From IMG/VR virus record IMGVR_UViG_3300046463_000247, positions 1-64,000 of that record: DNA of 64,000 nucleotides; one strand, given 5' to 3'. The stretch is from a virus. The notes beneath the pieces are model-generated. The model saw only the letters and a list, made by a program, of their open reading frames with translations, was not told the DNA's origin and searched no databases. Of the stretch, positions 17,527-27,388 are shown in pieces (positions within the stretch are counted from its first letter, which is position 1; each line of letters opens with the position of its first letter). The translations under genes and the position numbers were made by a program.

Positions 17527-18594
17527 TCAAAGCTGCTGCGACCAGTCCACCATGCCGCCCGGCGCACCCGCGCCACCGCCGAAGTTGGTAGCAGGCAGGC
17601 TTGCCTCGCCGACCGGCTTGCCACCGCTGAACGACAGGTTCGACGGCTTCGACTGTGCCGGTGCCTCGCCCAGCGGCTGCATGCCCTGATTAACGGGCTG
17701 CTGCGGGGTTTCCGCTGCACCGCCAACCGGAGACATCCCACCCGGCAGACCGCCCGGCTTGAAGCCACCTGCTGCGGCGTGCGACGCCTGCGAGGTCTGC
17801 GACGGGTTGAAGCCCCCGCCACCGTTGAAGCCGCCGCCGTTACCACCCATGCCCTGCCCTGCCTGGAAGCCGCTGTAGCCGCCGCCACCCATGCCGCCCA
17901 TCGACTTGCCGAAGCCCATCTGGCGCAATTCGACTTCCGTCTGGAACACGATCTCCTGCTCGTAGTTCGCGGGCACGAAGTACGTCTTCTTCTGGCCGGT
18001 CGGCTTGCCGTCCTGACCCAGCACGTCTTCCATGAACTGCTGCTGGAGGATCGCGATGTCGGTCTGTCCAATCGGCATGAACATCGAGCCGACTGCCGGG
18101 GCCTTGTCGCCGACGCGCGACACGTCGAACGTCTTGCCTGCGAGACCGCCGTACTTCAGCGCCAGCTTGTTCAGGATTTCGAAGGTCTGCGGCTTGGCGG
18201 CGAAGATGCGGCGCGTGTGCTGGTAGGTCTTGTCCGAGTCTCGCGCCTTGCGAATCCGGTGGTCGATGATCGTGAAGACGGACAGCAGATACGGGCGGTC
18301 GCCCTGCTCGCAGATCGGGCACTGGTGACCAGCATCCGGGTCGGACTTCTGCGGGCACACGAACGTCTGGAACTTGCCGTTGACTTTCAGGCCGTGCTCG
18401 TAGAAACGCGGCGGCACCAGGAAACCCTGTTCGTTCAGCGCGCCGTCCACAAACGTAATCTGGGCCTCTTCCTTGTCATCCAGGAAGAACCGGAACATCT
18501 TGCCCTGCTGCTCCTTGCGAAGCGCGTGTTCGGCTTCCTCCTGCTGCGCCACCTGTGCGGACGCTGCACCCTGCTTCATCCATGTAACTGCCAT
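17527..18594 (-). CDS. putative single-stranded DNA-binding protein
   Basis: H..CP..CPIC Zn site, Gly-rich disordered C-tail, location in replication block. Confidence 0.6.
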   Translation of the reverse strand: MAVTWMKQGAASAQVAQQEEAEHALRKEQQGKMFRFFLDDKEEAQITFVDGALNEQGFLVPPRFYEHGLKVNGKFQTFVCPQKSDPDAGHQCPICEQGDRPYLLSVFTIIDHRIRKARDSDKTYQHTRRIFAAKPQTFEILNKLALKYGGLAGKTFDVSRVGDKAPAVGSMFMPIGQTDIAILQQQFMEDVLGQDGKPTGQKKTYFVPANYEQEIVFQTEVELRQMGFGKSMGGMGGGGYSGFQAGQGMGGNGGGFNGGGGFNPSQTSQASHAAAGGFKPGGLPGGMSPVGGAAETPQQPVNQGMQPLGEAPAQSKPSNLSFSGGKPVGEASLPATNFGGGAGAPGGMVDWSQQL

Positions 18595-18656
18595 CTTTTT
18601 CTCCAAGGTTTGTGACCCAGGCGGGTCGGGGCTCCACGGCGGAACGTGGAAAACAG

Positions 18657-18685
18657 AATTTAATACAAAAGGCTGGGTTTGTCAA
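18657..18685 (-). promoter_or_regulatory. sigma70-type promoter
   Basis: TTGACA-N17-TAAATT. Confidence 0.6.
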
Positions 18686-19674
18686 ACCAATTCTAGCTGC
18701 GCAAGCTGCGACCTGATCCAGTCCACCCCCAGCTTGTCCGGGTCATTCTTCACCAGCTTGCCGTTCTCGTCGTACTCTTTCGGCGGAATGATGTGCGCGT
18801 ACGTCATGCCCTTGTCGATGAAGTATTCCTCGTACTTCGCACGCGCCGCGTCGCCGGTCGAGTCGTTGTCGAGCATCGTTACGACAGCGGGCGCGTCCTG
18901 AAGCTTGCGCATCTTTTCGTAGGTCGGCTTGGCCGTCAGGTTCGCCATCACTGCCGGGTAGACCCGTTGCACGGCGAGCGCGTCAATCTGGCCTTCCACG
19001 ATCACGACGGGTTGCATCAGTTGCAGCGCCTGCTCGTTGTACCAGACGAGTTTCGAGTTGTTGACCTCGTTCCACGTGTAGTCGTAGTGCTTCAGGTTCG
19101 CATTGAACAGGCAGGACCGCCCCCGTGCGCCCGCGAGCCGCCCATACACGGTGCGGAACGGGAACACCAGCATGCGGCGCAGCGGGTCGTAGCGCAGGCC
19201 CATCGCGTCGGCCTGCTCGTACGGAATGCCCCGGTATTTGATGTACAGCACGCACTCCTTGCTGTACTTCCATTCGATGAAGTTTTCAAGAAACCCCTCC
19301 GGCCACTCCACGAATGTCTTGTCCGCCGCCGCGCCGAACTCCGAGAACGCGGGCAGCGGCATGACCACGACCTCTTCGTCGTCCATGATCTGCCGGGCGG
19401 TCTTGAAGTCGTACTTGGTCTGGTACGGGGCATCCTTGGCGGCGTACATTTCGAGCGTCTGCAATAGCTGCTCGATGCTGCCGGACATACACGTGAAGCA
19501 GTGAAAGAAGGCACGCTGTCCCTCCTGCACGTTGACGGCAAAGCTCGGGTGTGTGTCCTTGCCGGACTGGTGCAGGAAGGGCGCAAGCGGGCACGGTGAG
19601 CGGACCCACACCCCGTCGTGCTGGGGCTTGCCGCCCAGTGCCTTGATGAACTGCTTGGCCTGATCGGGCGTCAC
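18682..19674 (-). CDS. DNA primase (Zn ribbon plus TOPRIM)
   Basis: CP..H..PSF..HCFTC; IVEGQIDAL; LDNDSTG. Confidence 0.88.
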   Translation of the reverse strand: MTPDQAKQFIKALGGKPQHDGVWVRSPCPLAPFLHQSGKDTHPSFAVNVQEGQRAFFHCFTCMSGSIEQLLQTLEMYAAKDAPYQTKYDFKTARQIMDDEEVVVMPLPAFSEFGAAADKTFVEWPEGFLENFIEWKYSKECVLYIKYRGIPYEQADAMGLRYDPLRRMLVFPFRTVYGRLAGARGRSCLFNANLKHYDYTWNEVNNSKLVWYNEQALQLMQPVVIVEGQIDALAVQRVYPAVMANLTAKPTYEKMRKLQDAPAVVTMLDNDSTGDAARAKYEEYFIDKGMTYAHIIPPKEYDENGKLVKNDPDKLGVDWIRSQLAQLELV

Positions 19675-19677
19675 GGC

Positions 19678-20172
19678 TTACTCGCTGAATCCTGCAAAGC
19701 TGCGCGAGCCGGGAACCTTCTTCGAGAAGGTGTCGATCTCGACCGGGGAGAGGTACTTCTTGATGTCGGTGAGCGACACGGTGGCGACCGCATCAAAAGT
19801 CTCGCCGAGGGCCTTGCGCATCGCTTCGCGGTCGGTGATCTCGGTCGATTCCTTGCGCGCGGAGAACGTCACGGTCTTGCCGTGGGTGCCGGAGATAACG
19901 GCGGGCTCGGAGTCGGCGAAGTTCTCGTTGGCGTGTGCCGACAGAATCTTGCGTAGCTCGGTCTGGCGCTTGAGCATCTTCGCGATGTCGTCCTGAGCGA
20001 GCCACTGCTCGATCTGCACGAGTTCATCGACGTGTAGCTGGATCGCGGTGACCGGCTGGGCGACCTGCGTGCCTGCGGCGTGGAGTTTGGTCTTGGCGAC
20101 CGGTGCCTGGTCTTGCACCTGAACGGCGACAGCTTCTTGGTGCTGCGCTACCGGATGAAATTTGAGGCCCAT
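19678..20172 (-). CDS. hypothetical protein
   Basis: 164 aa; AGGAG RBS and promoter upstream. Confidence 0.75.
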   Translation of the reverse strand: MGLKFHPVAQHQEAVAVQVQDQAPVAKTKLHAAGTQVAQPVTAIQLHVDELVQIEQWLAQDDIAKMLKRQTELRKILSAHANENFADSEPAVISGTHGKTVTFSARKESTEITDREAMRKALGETFDAVATVSLTDIKKYLSPVEIDTFSKKVPGSRSFAGFSE

Positions 20173-20206
20173 TTAGGCTCCTTGTTGTCAGTTTACCCAC
20201 CCCTTC

Positions 20207-20234
20207 ATTTTACACAAGCATAGGGGTTTGTCAA
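20207..20234 (-). promoter_or_regulatory. sigma70-type promoter
   Basis: TTGACA-N16-TAAAAT. Confidence 0.7.
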
Positions 20235-20271
20235 ACAGTTTAACAAGGAGCCTTTGCAATTGATTGCAATT

Positions 20272-21546
20272 CTACAGGCCGGTGAAGTCCCCTTCTTCCG
20301 AGAACGTCAGCACCTTAGCGCACTCGTTGAAGTTCATCCCCACGAAGTCCCAGTTGATCGAGAACTGGCCGGTTTCGCCGGAGCGGCCTTTCAGGATGTC
20401 GATCAGGCGCTGCTGCTTCGTCTCAATGGACTCTTCCTGCATCAGGCCCAGCACGACCGAACTGATCTGGCCGATGGCGTCCGAGTAGCCGATGTCTTCG
20501 AGGCCGACTTTCTGCTTCGCGACTTTCTTCTTGGTCGCCTCGCGGCTGAACTGCCACGAACAGAACGTCGGGATTTCGAGGTCGGTCGTGACCTGCTTGA
20601 TCGACTCCACGTTCTCAGCCACGCGGGTGAAGCGGTCGAGCCGCATGTTCGGGTGCTTCAGCATGTACGCGCCGTCGATCCACACCGCTTCGCACTGGAG
20701 TTGCGCGGCCAGCAGATAGATGTCGTCCACCATTGCCGCGAGGTTGCCGTCCAGCACATAGAACTTGGCGGACTCGTCGGCCATCTGCCCCATGCCGAGC
20801 ATGAACGCGTTGTACGGCTTGGTCGCGTAGCCCTTCATCTTCAGTTGCGTCAGGCCGGTGTGCGCGTACATCGCGGCGGCACGCTGGGCAATCGCCAGCG
20901 CGTTCATTTCCATTGAAGCGAACAGGATATTGCGGCCCTTTCGCCAGTTATGGATAGCCCCGTACAGACTCATAAAGCTCTTGCCCGAGGCAGGGCGACC
21001 GACGAACGAGATCACGTCACCGCCGACTGCCCCATCGCACATCAGGTCCAGGGTAGGCCAGCCGAACTCGATGGGCGGCTTCTGGTCGTTGACGTTGTGA
21101 TACTCGTTGATCACCATTTCCGCGCCCTCTGACCCGAGGTCGAGAATACGCGTGCGGTGCTGTTGCTGGGTGATCGTGTTGACGGCTTCCTGAAGTACGG
21201 CCTTGGCCTTACCAACGGCCTTCGGGTTCTCCTTCAGGATCGCCTGCGAGTTGATGTTCGCCCGGTCGATCAGGTTGTACGCGAAGCGGTTGTCCAGCAG
21301 GTCCAGGTAATACTTCGCCGGTTCAGGCGTCGGGATGTCCTTGAACTCGGGGAACTTCTGGAGAAGCGTTTCAATCGCCGGGAGTGCTTTGTAGGCGGTG
21401 ACGTGGTGGTGCACCCACCCGAAGACCGCCATTTCGTAGTCGCCGTTGAAGAGTTGGTCCGATAGCTTGGCTTTGTGCCAGTGAAGCGCGCTTTTTTCTT
21501 CGCACAGGCGTCGGATCGCCTTCAACCCTAGTTGAAAGTTTGACAT
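20272..21546 (-). CDS. dnaB: DnaB-like replicative helicase
   Basis: GRPASGKS, SMEM, WIDG, QFSR, LKGRSG. Confidence 0.9.
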   Translation of the reverse strand: MSNFQLGLKAIRRLCEEKSALHWHKAKLSDQLFNGDYEMAVFGWVHHHVTAYKALPAIETLLQKFPEFKDIPTPEPAKYYLDLLDNRFAYNLIDRANINSQAILKENPKAVGKAKAVLQEAVNTITQQQHRTRILDLGSEGAEMVINEYHNVNDQKPPIEFGWPTLDLMCDGAVGGDVISFVGRPASGKSFMSLYGAIHNWRKGRNILFASMEMNALAIAQRAAAMYAHTGLTQLKMKGYATKPYNAFMLGMGQMADESAKFYVLDGNLAAMVDDIYLLAAQLQCEAVWIDGAYMLKHPNMRLDRFTRVAENVESIKQVTTDLEIPTFCSWQFSREATKKKVAKQKVGLEDIGYSDAIGQISSVVLGLMQEESIETKQQRLIDILKGRSGETGQFSINWDFVGMNFNECAKVLTFSEEGDFTGL

Positions 21547-21578
21547 ACCCCAAATTGGTCCGGTAGTACGATCTGGCC

Positions 21579-22118
21579 TTAGCCGACGATCTTGTAGTTG
21601 TTTTCGAGGAAATCACGGAACACGTTGCCGTACGCTTGCGACACGGCGTCCATGTCCTCGATGAACAGAACGGTGGGCTTGCTTGCCGCCTGGCGCTCCA
21701 GCAGCACGTCGTAGATCGCCTGCACGTCCCAGTGGGCGAGCCCCTTCGCGCTACCGCCCGCCTTCACGTACAGGTTCGGGATCAGCATCACGGTCGGGGT
21801 CGGCAGTTCACCGGTCTTCGCGAGCCGCAGCACCGTGTTGATCGGGAACACGCGGGCATCGGTGAAGTTGCGGATCAGCGCACCCGCCATGTACATCATG
21901 CGGTTGCTGACGTTGCTGCCGTCCGTGAGCACGAGACCAGCGCTGACGGCCCGGTTCTTCGGGAAATGGCGCACCCACTCCACCTCTTCCGGGCCGCACA
22001 CGTCCATCATGGAGTTGGCGAGGAAGTACTGGCTGATGCCCGCCGTCTGGCAGATATGGTCGATGTCGTCCAGTATCGTGCGGTGGCGGATCGGATCAAG
22101 TACGGTAGTCATTTGCAT
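21579..22118 (-). CDS. putative helicase loader (degenerate DnaC-like)
   Basis: Lies between initiator and DnaB; LLERQAASKPTVLF..YG resembles the DnaC/IstB C-half; Walker A not evident. Confidence 0.5.
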   Translation of the reverse strand: MQMTTVLDPIRHRTILDDIDHICQTAGISQYFLANSMMDVCGPEEVEWVRHFPKNRAVSAGLVLTDGSNVSNRMMYMAGALIRNFTDARVFPINTVLRLAKTGELPTPTVMLIPNLYVKAGGSAKGLAHWDVQAIYDVLLERQAASKPTVLFIEDMDAVSQAYGNVFRDFLENNYKIVG

Positions 22119-22171
22119 AAGCCCCGTTGACGGTATGCCGTGCAATCAATTGCAACTTGCACGGTGCCAGG

Positions 22172-23389
22172 TCAACCTCCAAGTTTTTTGTAGAACGCCG
22201 CCAGCGCAGCCGCTTTCTGCTCTTCACTGGGTTTATCGCTCTCGGTGGAATCAGGGGCCTTTGGCGACTCGTTCGCCGATTTTGGCCCTATATCTGAATC
22301 ATAATTCACAATTTTAGGTTTGTCAAACACTTTCGGCACGGTATATGCGGTCTTCGCCACAGACGGTGCGGGTTGCTGCGGAACGCTTTTTGCAATCAAT
22401 TGCAACAGCGAGTCGTAATGCGACAGGATGAACCCGATCAGCGGTTGCACGGGGGCCGAGCCCAGCGCCTTGTCGGTCTTGGCCTTGTAGGCGAACGCGG
22501 ACCAGTGTTGCAGGGCGTGGTCGAGCACGGCTATCGGGTCGTGGTTCAGCCCAACCAGCTTGACGAATAGCTGGCCCATCTGCCCGATCTCTTTGCCGGT
22601 GGGCTCTTTCCAGCCGTCTTCGTACAGGACCGACATGCGCTTCTTCCACAGCAGCAGCATCCCGTTCTTGCCCTTCAGCCCGGCAGCGGGCGCGGTCGCC
22701 TTCTGCTCCTGCTGGGCGCTCAGGGCCGCGACGACGGCTGCGGAACTCGTGAGTTTCGGTTTCGGAGGCAATTCGCTTTCCCCTTTTTCAATTTTTTCCA
22801 GGTTTACTTCTTCACCGCTTTCAGGGGTTGGGTTTTCGTTTTTCGTTTTCCCTGAAAACGGGTTTCCAGTTTTTAAAAATTCCTTGGCGTCGTCAGACGC
22901 TAAAGATTTTTCTTTGTTGTTAACAGTGTCTGTACCCAGTGTGTTACGTAGTAAGGATTCAGTTGAAACACCCGAATCCAATCCGTTGTTTCGACCGGAT
23001 GGAACCTGTTGTTTGGCCGGGGTCTGGGCGTGTTCCAACTCCGTAAGACGCTCCACGTCGAGCCAGATATGGACCTTGGGCGAACCGCCATGCTTGTATC
23101 TTGCGGTCTGAATCAGCCCTTTTTGCTCCAGTTTCGGCAAAACGCGACGCAGCATCATGTCGGTGACGCGGGCTTCTTCCAGCCACTCGGGACGGGACTT
23201 GGCGAGCCACATCTTGCCGTCTCGATAGACGGTCAGCTTGCTCTTGCCGGTCTTGGGATTCGGGAGTGCCCAGAAGCAGATTCTGGAGAGCACGAGCCCT
23301 GCAACGACATCCCCATCCATCAGGTCAACGTAGGATAGGACAATGGACGGTCCAGCGCTCTGGACGTTCTTAGCGGTCGAAACTTTCAC
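22172..23389 (-). CDS. replication initiator protein (N-terminal wHTH)
   Basis: AGLVLSRICFW..WLAKSRPEWLEE..LEQKGLI; GTG 23389 after TAAGGAG; internal AT-rich tract. Confidence 0.7.
   Translation of the reverse strand: MKVSTAKNVQSAGPSIVLSYVDLMDGDVVAGLVLSRICFWALPNPKTGKSKLTVYRDGKMWLAKSRPEWLEEARVTDMMLRRVLPKLEQKGLIQTARYKHGGSPKVHIWLDVERLTELEHAQTPAKQQVPSGRNNGLDSGVSTESLLRNTLGTDTVNNKEKSLASDDAKEFLKTGNPFSGKTKNENPTPESGEEVNLEKIEKGESELPPKPKLTSSAAVVAALSAQQEQKATAPAAGLKGKNGMLLLWKKRMSVLYEDGWKEPTGKEIGQMGQLFVKLVGLNHDPIAVLDHALQHWSAFAYKAKTDKALGSAPVQPLIGFILSHYDSLLQLIAKSVPQQPAPSVAKTAYTVPKVFDKPKIVNYDSDIGPKSANESPKAPDSTESDKPSEEQKAAALAAFYKKLGG
22298..22326 (-). promoter_or_regulatory. internal sigma70-type promoter for loader/dnaB
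   Basis: TTGACA-N17-TATGAT inside the 3' end of the initiator gene. Confidence 0.65.
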
Positions 23390-23439
23390 GGTACTCCTTA
23401 CCGGGCGGTCAGCGGGTTCAGCGCTGTGCAATCAATTGC

Positions 23440-23466
23440 AAAAAAGAGCGGGCCGAAGCCCGCCCT
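23440..23466 (-). terminator. intrinsic terminator
   Basis: AGGGCGGGC-TTCG-GCCCGCTCTTTTTT, abutting a 14-bp repeat copy. Confidence 0.8.
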
Positions 23467-23485
23467 GCTGTCGGGTAAACCCGGA

Positions 23486-23962
23486 TCAGTCTTCGTCCAG
23501 CGACGAGGTTTGGCCGAATGCCTCGGGGTCAAACTTCGGGTTCTCAGCAGCTTCCGCTTCGTCCGGCACGTAGCCCTTGATCAGGGCCGTCAGGATATGG
23601 TCGCGGGGTGCACAGTTGATGCCGTCCATCGCTCGCAGCGCGTCGATCAGCGCGATCATCTTCGTGCGGGTCAGCACCGCGCCGACGTACGCCCAGGCTG
23701 ACTGACCTGCCGAGCGCTCATAGCGGACCTCGGGGTCGAGCGTGATGCCGAAGTCCTTGTCGGACGGCCAGAAGTGGAACTTGTACTGGTCCTCGCCAAG
23801 ACGGCGCACGCCCACGGCGTTGTAGGTCACGACATCGGCGCGCGTCGCGACGACGAGATACGACTTGCTGCTGGTGCGACCGTCCACGAACACCGGCTTG
23901 CCGGAGATACGGGGCTTGCTGGGCATGGTGCCGTCAGGCATGAGTTTCGAGTTATTGCGCAT
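23486..23962 (-). CDS. hypothetical protein
   Basis: 158 aa, operon-coupled. Confidence 0.7.
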   Translation of the reverse strand: MRNNSKLMPDGTMPSKPRISGKPVFVDGRTSSKSYLVVATRADVVTYNAVGVRRLGEDQYKFHFWPSDKDFGITLDPEVRYERSAGQSAWAYVGAVLTRTKMIALIDALRAMDGINCAPRDHILTALIKGYVPDEAEAAENPKFDPEAFGQTSSLDED

Positions 23963-24440
23963 TTTGATGGTCCTTTTCTTCGAAGATTTGAACTTCTACC
24001 CCTACCTCTCGGTAAATCTCGGCGGCGATTGCCGCCTGCTCTTCCCAATAGGCATTCTGCTCGCCGGGAACCATGCGCGGTGCGAGCACCCGAATGATAC
24101 CGGCCTGACTGCTCATGCGCGCACACACTGTGCACGGATACAACTCGGTGACGATCAGCGTGCAGTCTTGCAGACTGATCCCGGCACGCGCGGCGAGCGC
24201 CACGATGTTTTCCTCGGCGTGGCAGGTCCAGTGCAGCTTCAGCGGCTTCTGGCGACGCTCGGGTACATCATCGCGGGCACCCATCGGCAGGCCGTTGAAG
24301 GCCGACTGACGGAGTTCGTAGCGGGGTCCCAGAGCGGCTGCGCCTACCTTGCGGTCGTCCTTGGAAAGCGACGCGGCAGCGCGGGCGTAGGTCAGCCCGA
24401 TACGCAGCGCCTTGTAGTCAAGCGCCGACATGACCAGCAT
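23952..24440 (-). CDS. dCMP deaminase family protein
   Basis: KVGA, FNG, HAEEN, PCTVC, AGI. Confidence 0.9.
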   Translation of the reverse strand: MLVMSALDYKALRIGLTYARAAASLSKDDRKVGAAALGPRYELRQSAFNGLPMGARDDVPERRQKPLKLHWTCHAEENIVALAARAGISLQDCTLIVTELYPCTVCARMSSQAGIIRVLAPRMVPGEQNAYWEEQAAIAAEIYREVGVEVQIFEEKDHQNAQ

Positions 24441-24615
24441 CCTTGCGGCCCGTCTCCGGGCTCACAGCGGGCTCGCCAGCGTCGGGCAGGCCCCAGGTGT
24501 CACGCGTGGTCGCCAGCACGGCTACAGCCTGTCTGGCCGGACACACCGGACGCCCACACTTCGCCTGCTTGGCGTTGTTGAACTTCACGCCACACTGCCC
24601 ACACTTATGCGACAC
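24418..24615 (-). CDS. small Zn-finger-like protein
   Basis: GTG after GGAGG; CGQC..C...CP. Confidence 0.5.
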   Translation of the reverse strand: MSHKCGQCGVKFNNAKQAKCGRPVCPARQAVAVLATTRDTWGLPDAGEPAVSPETGRKDAGHVGA

Positions 24616-24814
24616 AGCCGTGTTCCTCCGGGAAGTGCCTGGTGTACAGCGCCTCGATGTGCTCAAGCTGCCTGTCGGACAAGGCGGTGACCTGCCCTGC
24701 CGCCACCGCGCGCTCGGCCTTGTCCACCACGTTGAGAATGAAGCCGTGCTCCCACGCGGTCACGTCGTGGCGCGTCAGCTTGGCGAGCTTCTGGATTTTC
24801 TGGTAGGTGGACAC
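24605..24814 (-). CDS. hypothetical protein
   Basis: TAWEHGFILNV...LSDRQLEHIEALY; start GTG 24814. Confidence 0.6.
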   Translation of the reverse strand: MSTYQKIQKLAKLTRHDVTAWEHGFILNVVDKAERAVAAGQVTALSDRQLEHIEALYTRHFPEEHGCVA

Positions 24815-24819
24815 GAGTC

Positions 24820-25134
24820 TCACAGCAGCACCCCGCACGTGAACACCTTGTCGATCTGGCCGATGGTCGGCAGAGACTCTTCCGGCACCAAGCCCGTGAA
24901 CCAACGCGCATTCCACGGCGTCAATTCAGGGTCAGTCGTACCTGCGGAGCGCTCCGGGTCGCCCATTGCCAGGTTGATCTTCTCCAGCGCCAGTTCCTGT
25001 TCGTCGGAGCGGTGGCTACCCATGTACGCGCCGCTGGCGGTCTGAAGCACCGCGAGGTCGTCATCGGACGGGTTGTCGAGCACGACGAAGCTAATGGAGT
25101 CCGGCACTTCCTGCCAGACGAGCAATACACGCAT
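24820..25134 (-). CDS. hypothetical protein
   Basis: 104 aa. Confidence 0.65.
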   Translation of the reverse strand: MRVLLVWQEVPDSISFVVLDNPSDDDLAVLQTASGAYMGSHRSDEQELALEKINLAMGDPERSAGTTDPELTPWNARWFTGLVPEESLPTIGQIDKVFTCGVLL

Positions 25135-25183
25135 TTTCTTTACCTTTTGGTCCTAGTTGTTATGAACTGCAATTGATTGCAGC

Positions 25184-26110
25184 TTACAGGTCGTTCTGGT
25201 TCTTCCAGTCCTCGAACGAATCCGGCTCTTCACCGCCAGCATTGCATTCCGCCACGTACTGCTCATAGGCGGGGATGTTCGGGTCGTTCGGCGGCATGAT
25301 CTTGCCGTGGGCATCGACCTTGCCACCCGCTGCTTTCCACGCCTCGGCAACCAGCTTGCCTGCGGGCGTCGTCGGGTCGTTCGGGTCGCCAGCACCCGGG
25401 TTCGGGCTCGCACCGATGATGTCGCCAACCGTCTTCAGAAACGCCTCCTGACCCGGCGTCGCGGGCTTCAGCTTGCCTTCACCGAACATCTTGCCAAACG
25501 CGTCCTTGAACTCCTGCACGCTCGGGTCCGTTGGCTCGGCAGCAGGCGCTGCGGCAGCGGCCTTGTACGGGTTCGCGATAGTAGCCGGATCGCTGAACAG
25601 CAGCACCTGCTCATTGGGCACCTCGAACATCTTCGAGAGCACGATGTTCACGAGCGCGTCTTCGGCCACTTTCAGGGTGCCTTCGCTGGCCTGCACGCGG
25701 GCGGCAATCCACGCCGCGATGCGCGCGCCGCAGTCCTGCGATTCGACACACTCCAGGAACTCGTAGGGCGAGCACGGGAAAGAACAGACCGGCAGGTAGT
25801 GTTTCTCGCCGCGCAGCCCGTGAATCATCTGCTCGCCGTGCTTGAACGCGTCCTTGCCGCGCACCACGAAGTCGGTGAACACCGAGGTCGAGTCGCCCGG
25901 CGTCGCGGGGACTTCCATGAAGCGAACCGTCAGCCCCGCGCTCGCGATGGTCTTGTCCTTGTACTTCGCCTTCTCGTTCACGGTCGGCATCACGCTCACC
26001 GCCAGCTTCGCACCCGCTTTCTCGGCCACCACCAGGTAGACGTTGCCGCTCGACGGCGAAACGACCTGTTCGGGCAGGTTGCTGGTCAGGTTCTTCAGGT
26101 AGTCGTTCAA
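25184..26110 (-). CDS. hypothetical protein
   Basis: TTG 26110 after AAGGAG, downstream of a promoter. Confidence 0.7.
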   Translation of the reverse strand: MNDYLKNLTSNLPEQVVSPSSGNVYLVVAEKAGAKLAVSVMPTVNEKAKYKDKTIASAGLTVRFMEVPATPGDSTSVFTDFVVRGKDAFKHGEQMIHGLRGEKHYLPVCSFPCSPYEFLECVESQDCGARIAAWIAARVQASEGTLKVAEDALVNIVLSKMFEVPNEQVLLFSDPATIANPYKAAAAAPAAEPTDPSVQEFKDAFGKMFGEGKLKPATPGQEAFLKTVGDIIGASPNPGAGDPNDPTTPAGKLVAEAWKAAGGKVDAHGKIMPPNDPNIPAYEQYVAECNAGGEEPDSFEDWKNQNDL

Positions 26111-26155
26111 GATGCACTCCTTGCATTTATTGTGTGTGCGACATTGCACCAATGG

Positions 26156-26183
26156 ATATTAACACAATGTCGGGGTTTGTCAA
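26156..26183 (-). promoter_or_regulatory. sigma70-type promoter
   Basis: TTGACA-N16-TAATAT. Confidence 0.65.
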
Positions 26184-26189
26184 ACAGGA

Positions 26190-27383
26190 TTATTTCAGGA
26201 ACGACTTGAACCACCCGTTGCGCTTGATCAGGTCGTAGACCATCACGGTCGCCTCGGCGTGGCTGATGTCGGGCTCGCCGCTCGCCTTCAGTTCCTCACG
26301 GATAAGGTGGAACTGCTTGGTCGTCGGCTTCTCGCCGATCACCGACTCGAACACGCGCGCCGTGAAGTTGGCGGCGTCGCTGATCGACAGGCGGGCCACT
26401 TTGATCACCATGTCCACGCGACCGGGCCGGTACAGTTCCTCGGGGATCACGGACTGGTCGTTGGTCGTCATGATCGTAATCACCTGCGACTGGTGCTCGG
26501 AGAGCCACCACAGCATCTGCGAGAGCATGCGCGAGGTCACGCCCTGCGAGTCGGCGCTGTCGTTGAACACCTTCTCGATCTCGTCCAGCAGCAGCACACA
26601 CGGCGACTCGCGCTCCACCATCGCCAGAGAACGGGCCAGACGGCCTTCGGACTCGCCGATGTAGCGGTTCAGTGTCGTCGCCACGTCGAGCCGGTACAGG
26701 GGCACGCTGAGACCCTTGGCGATGGCCTTCGCCGCCATGGTCTTGCCAGTGCCTGGCGGGCCGTCGAGCAGCAGGCCACGCGGACGCAGCATGTGCGGCA
26801 CGGCCTTGTCCAGGAAGTACTTCGTGTTGAGGTCCAGCCAGTCCTGAATCCGCTCGGGGTAGTCGTAGAAGTCGAACGTCACGTCGATGGGATACAGGCC
26901 CTGTGCGGACTTGCCCAGCATCATGCGCGACGCGCGGATCGCCTTGGCTTCTGACGAGCCGGTGCGCGCCTGCGTGAACATCAGCAGTTCGCCCACGGCC
27001 TTCAGGGAGAGGCCCTTGCATGCCTGCATCACGTCAGCCAGGTTCTCGGGCTCCACGTGCTCCAGCAGGAATTCTTCGATCATCGCGGTAGGCGTCGGCA
27101 GACTGCCCACGTCGAAGATCAGCGACGACTCCTTGTCCGGGTTCAGGAAGACCAGTTGCCGCTCGTCTTTCAGCAGCTTCTTGTACAGGTCCACCGTCAG
27201 CAGCGGAAACTCGTCGGTGTAGTACAGCCGGTCGGGCAGCTTGGCCTTGGAGGTGGCAGAGTTTTCCGCCAGTTCGACCGGCTGCTTCTTCGCGTAGAAG
27301 TACAGCACGGCTTCCAGATTTACGAGGTCGTCGGTATGGACACCGATGATTGGAATACCGCTCTTGAGGGCGCTCTCGAACAT
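26190..27383 (-). CDS. AAA+ ATPase (Ycf46-like)
   Basis: GPPGTGKT, YIGESE, LLLDEIEK, TTN, RPGRVD. Confidence 0.88.
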   Translation of the reverse strand: MFESALKSGIPIIGVHTDDLVNLEAVLYFYAKKQPVELAENSATSKAKLPDRLYYTDEFPLLTVDLYKKLLKDERQLVFLNPDKESSLIFDVGSLPTPTAMIEEFLLEHVEPENLADVMQACKGLSLKAVGELLMFTQARTGSSEAKAIRASRMMLGKSAQGLYPIDVTFDFYDYPERIQDWLDLNTKYFLDKAVPHMLRPRGLLLDGPPGTGKTMAAKAIAKGLSVPLYRLDVATTLNRYIGESEGRLARSLAMVERESPCVLLLDEIEKVFNDSADSQGVTSRMLSQMLWWLSEHQSQVITIMTTNDQSVIPEELYRPGRVDMVIKVARLSISDAANFTARVFESVIGEKPTTKQFHLIREELKASGEPDISHAEATVMVYDLIKRNGWFKSFLK

Positions 27384-27388
27384 GTTGT

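Noticed and set aside
15487-18615. 1042-aa plus-strand ORF, and other long plus-strand ORFs such as 47670-50930 and 60222-62021
   Set aside because: Antisense shadows of well-supported minus-strand genes in GC-rich DNA; no recognisable motifs.
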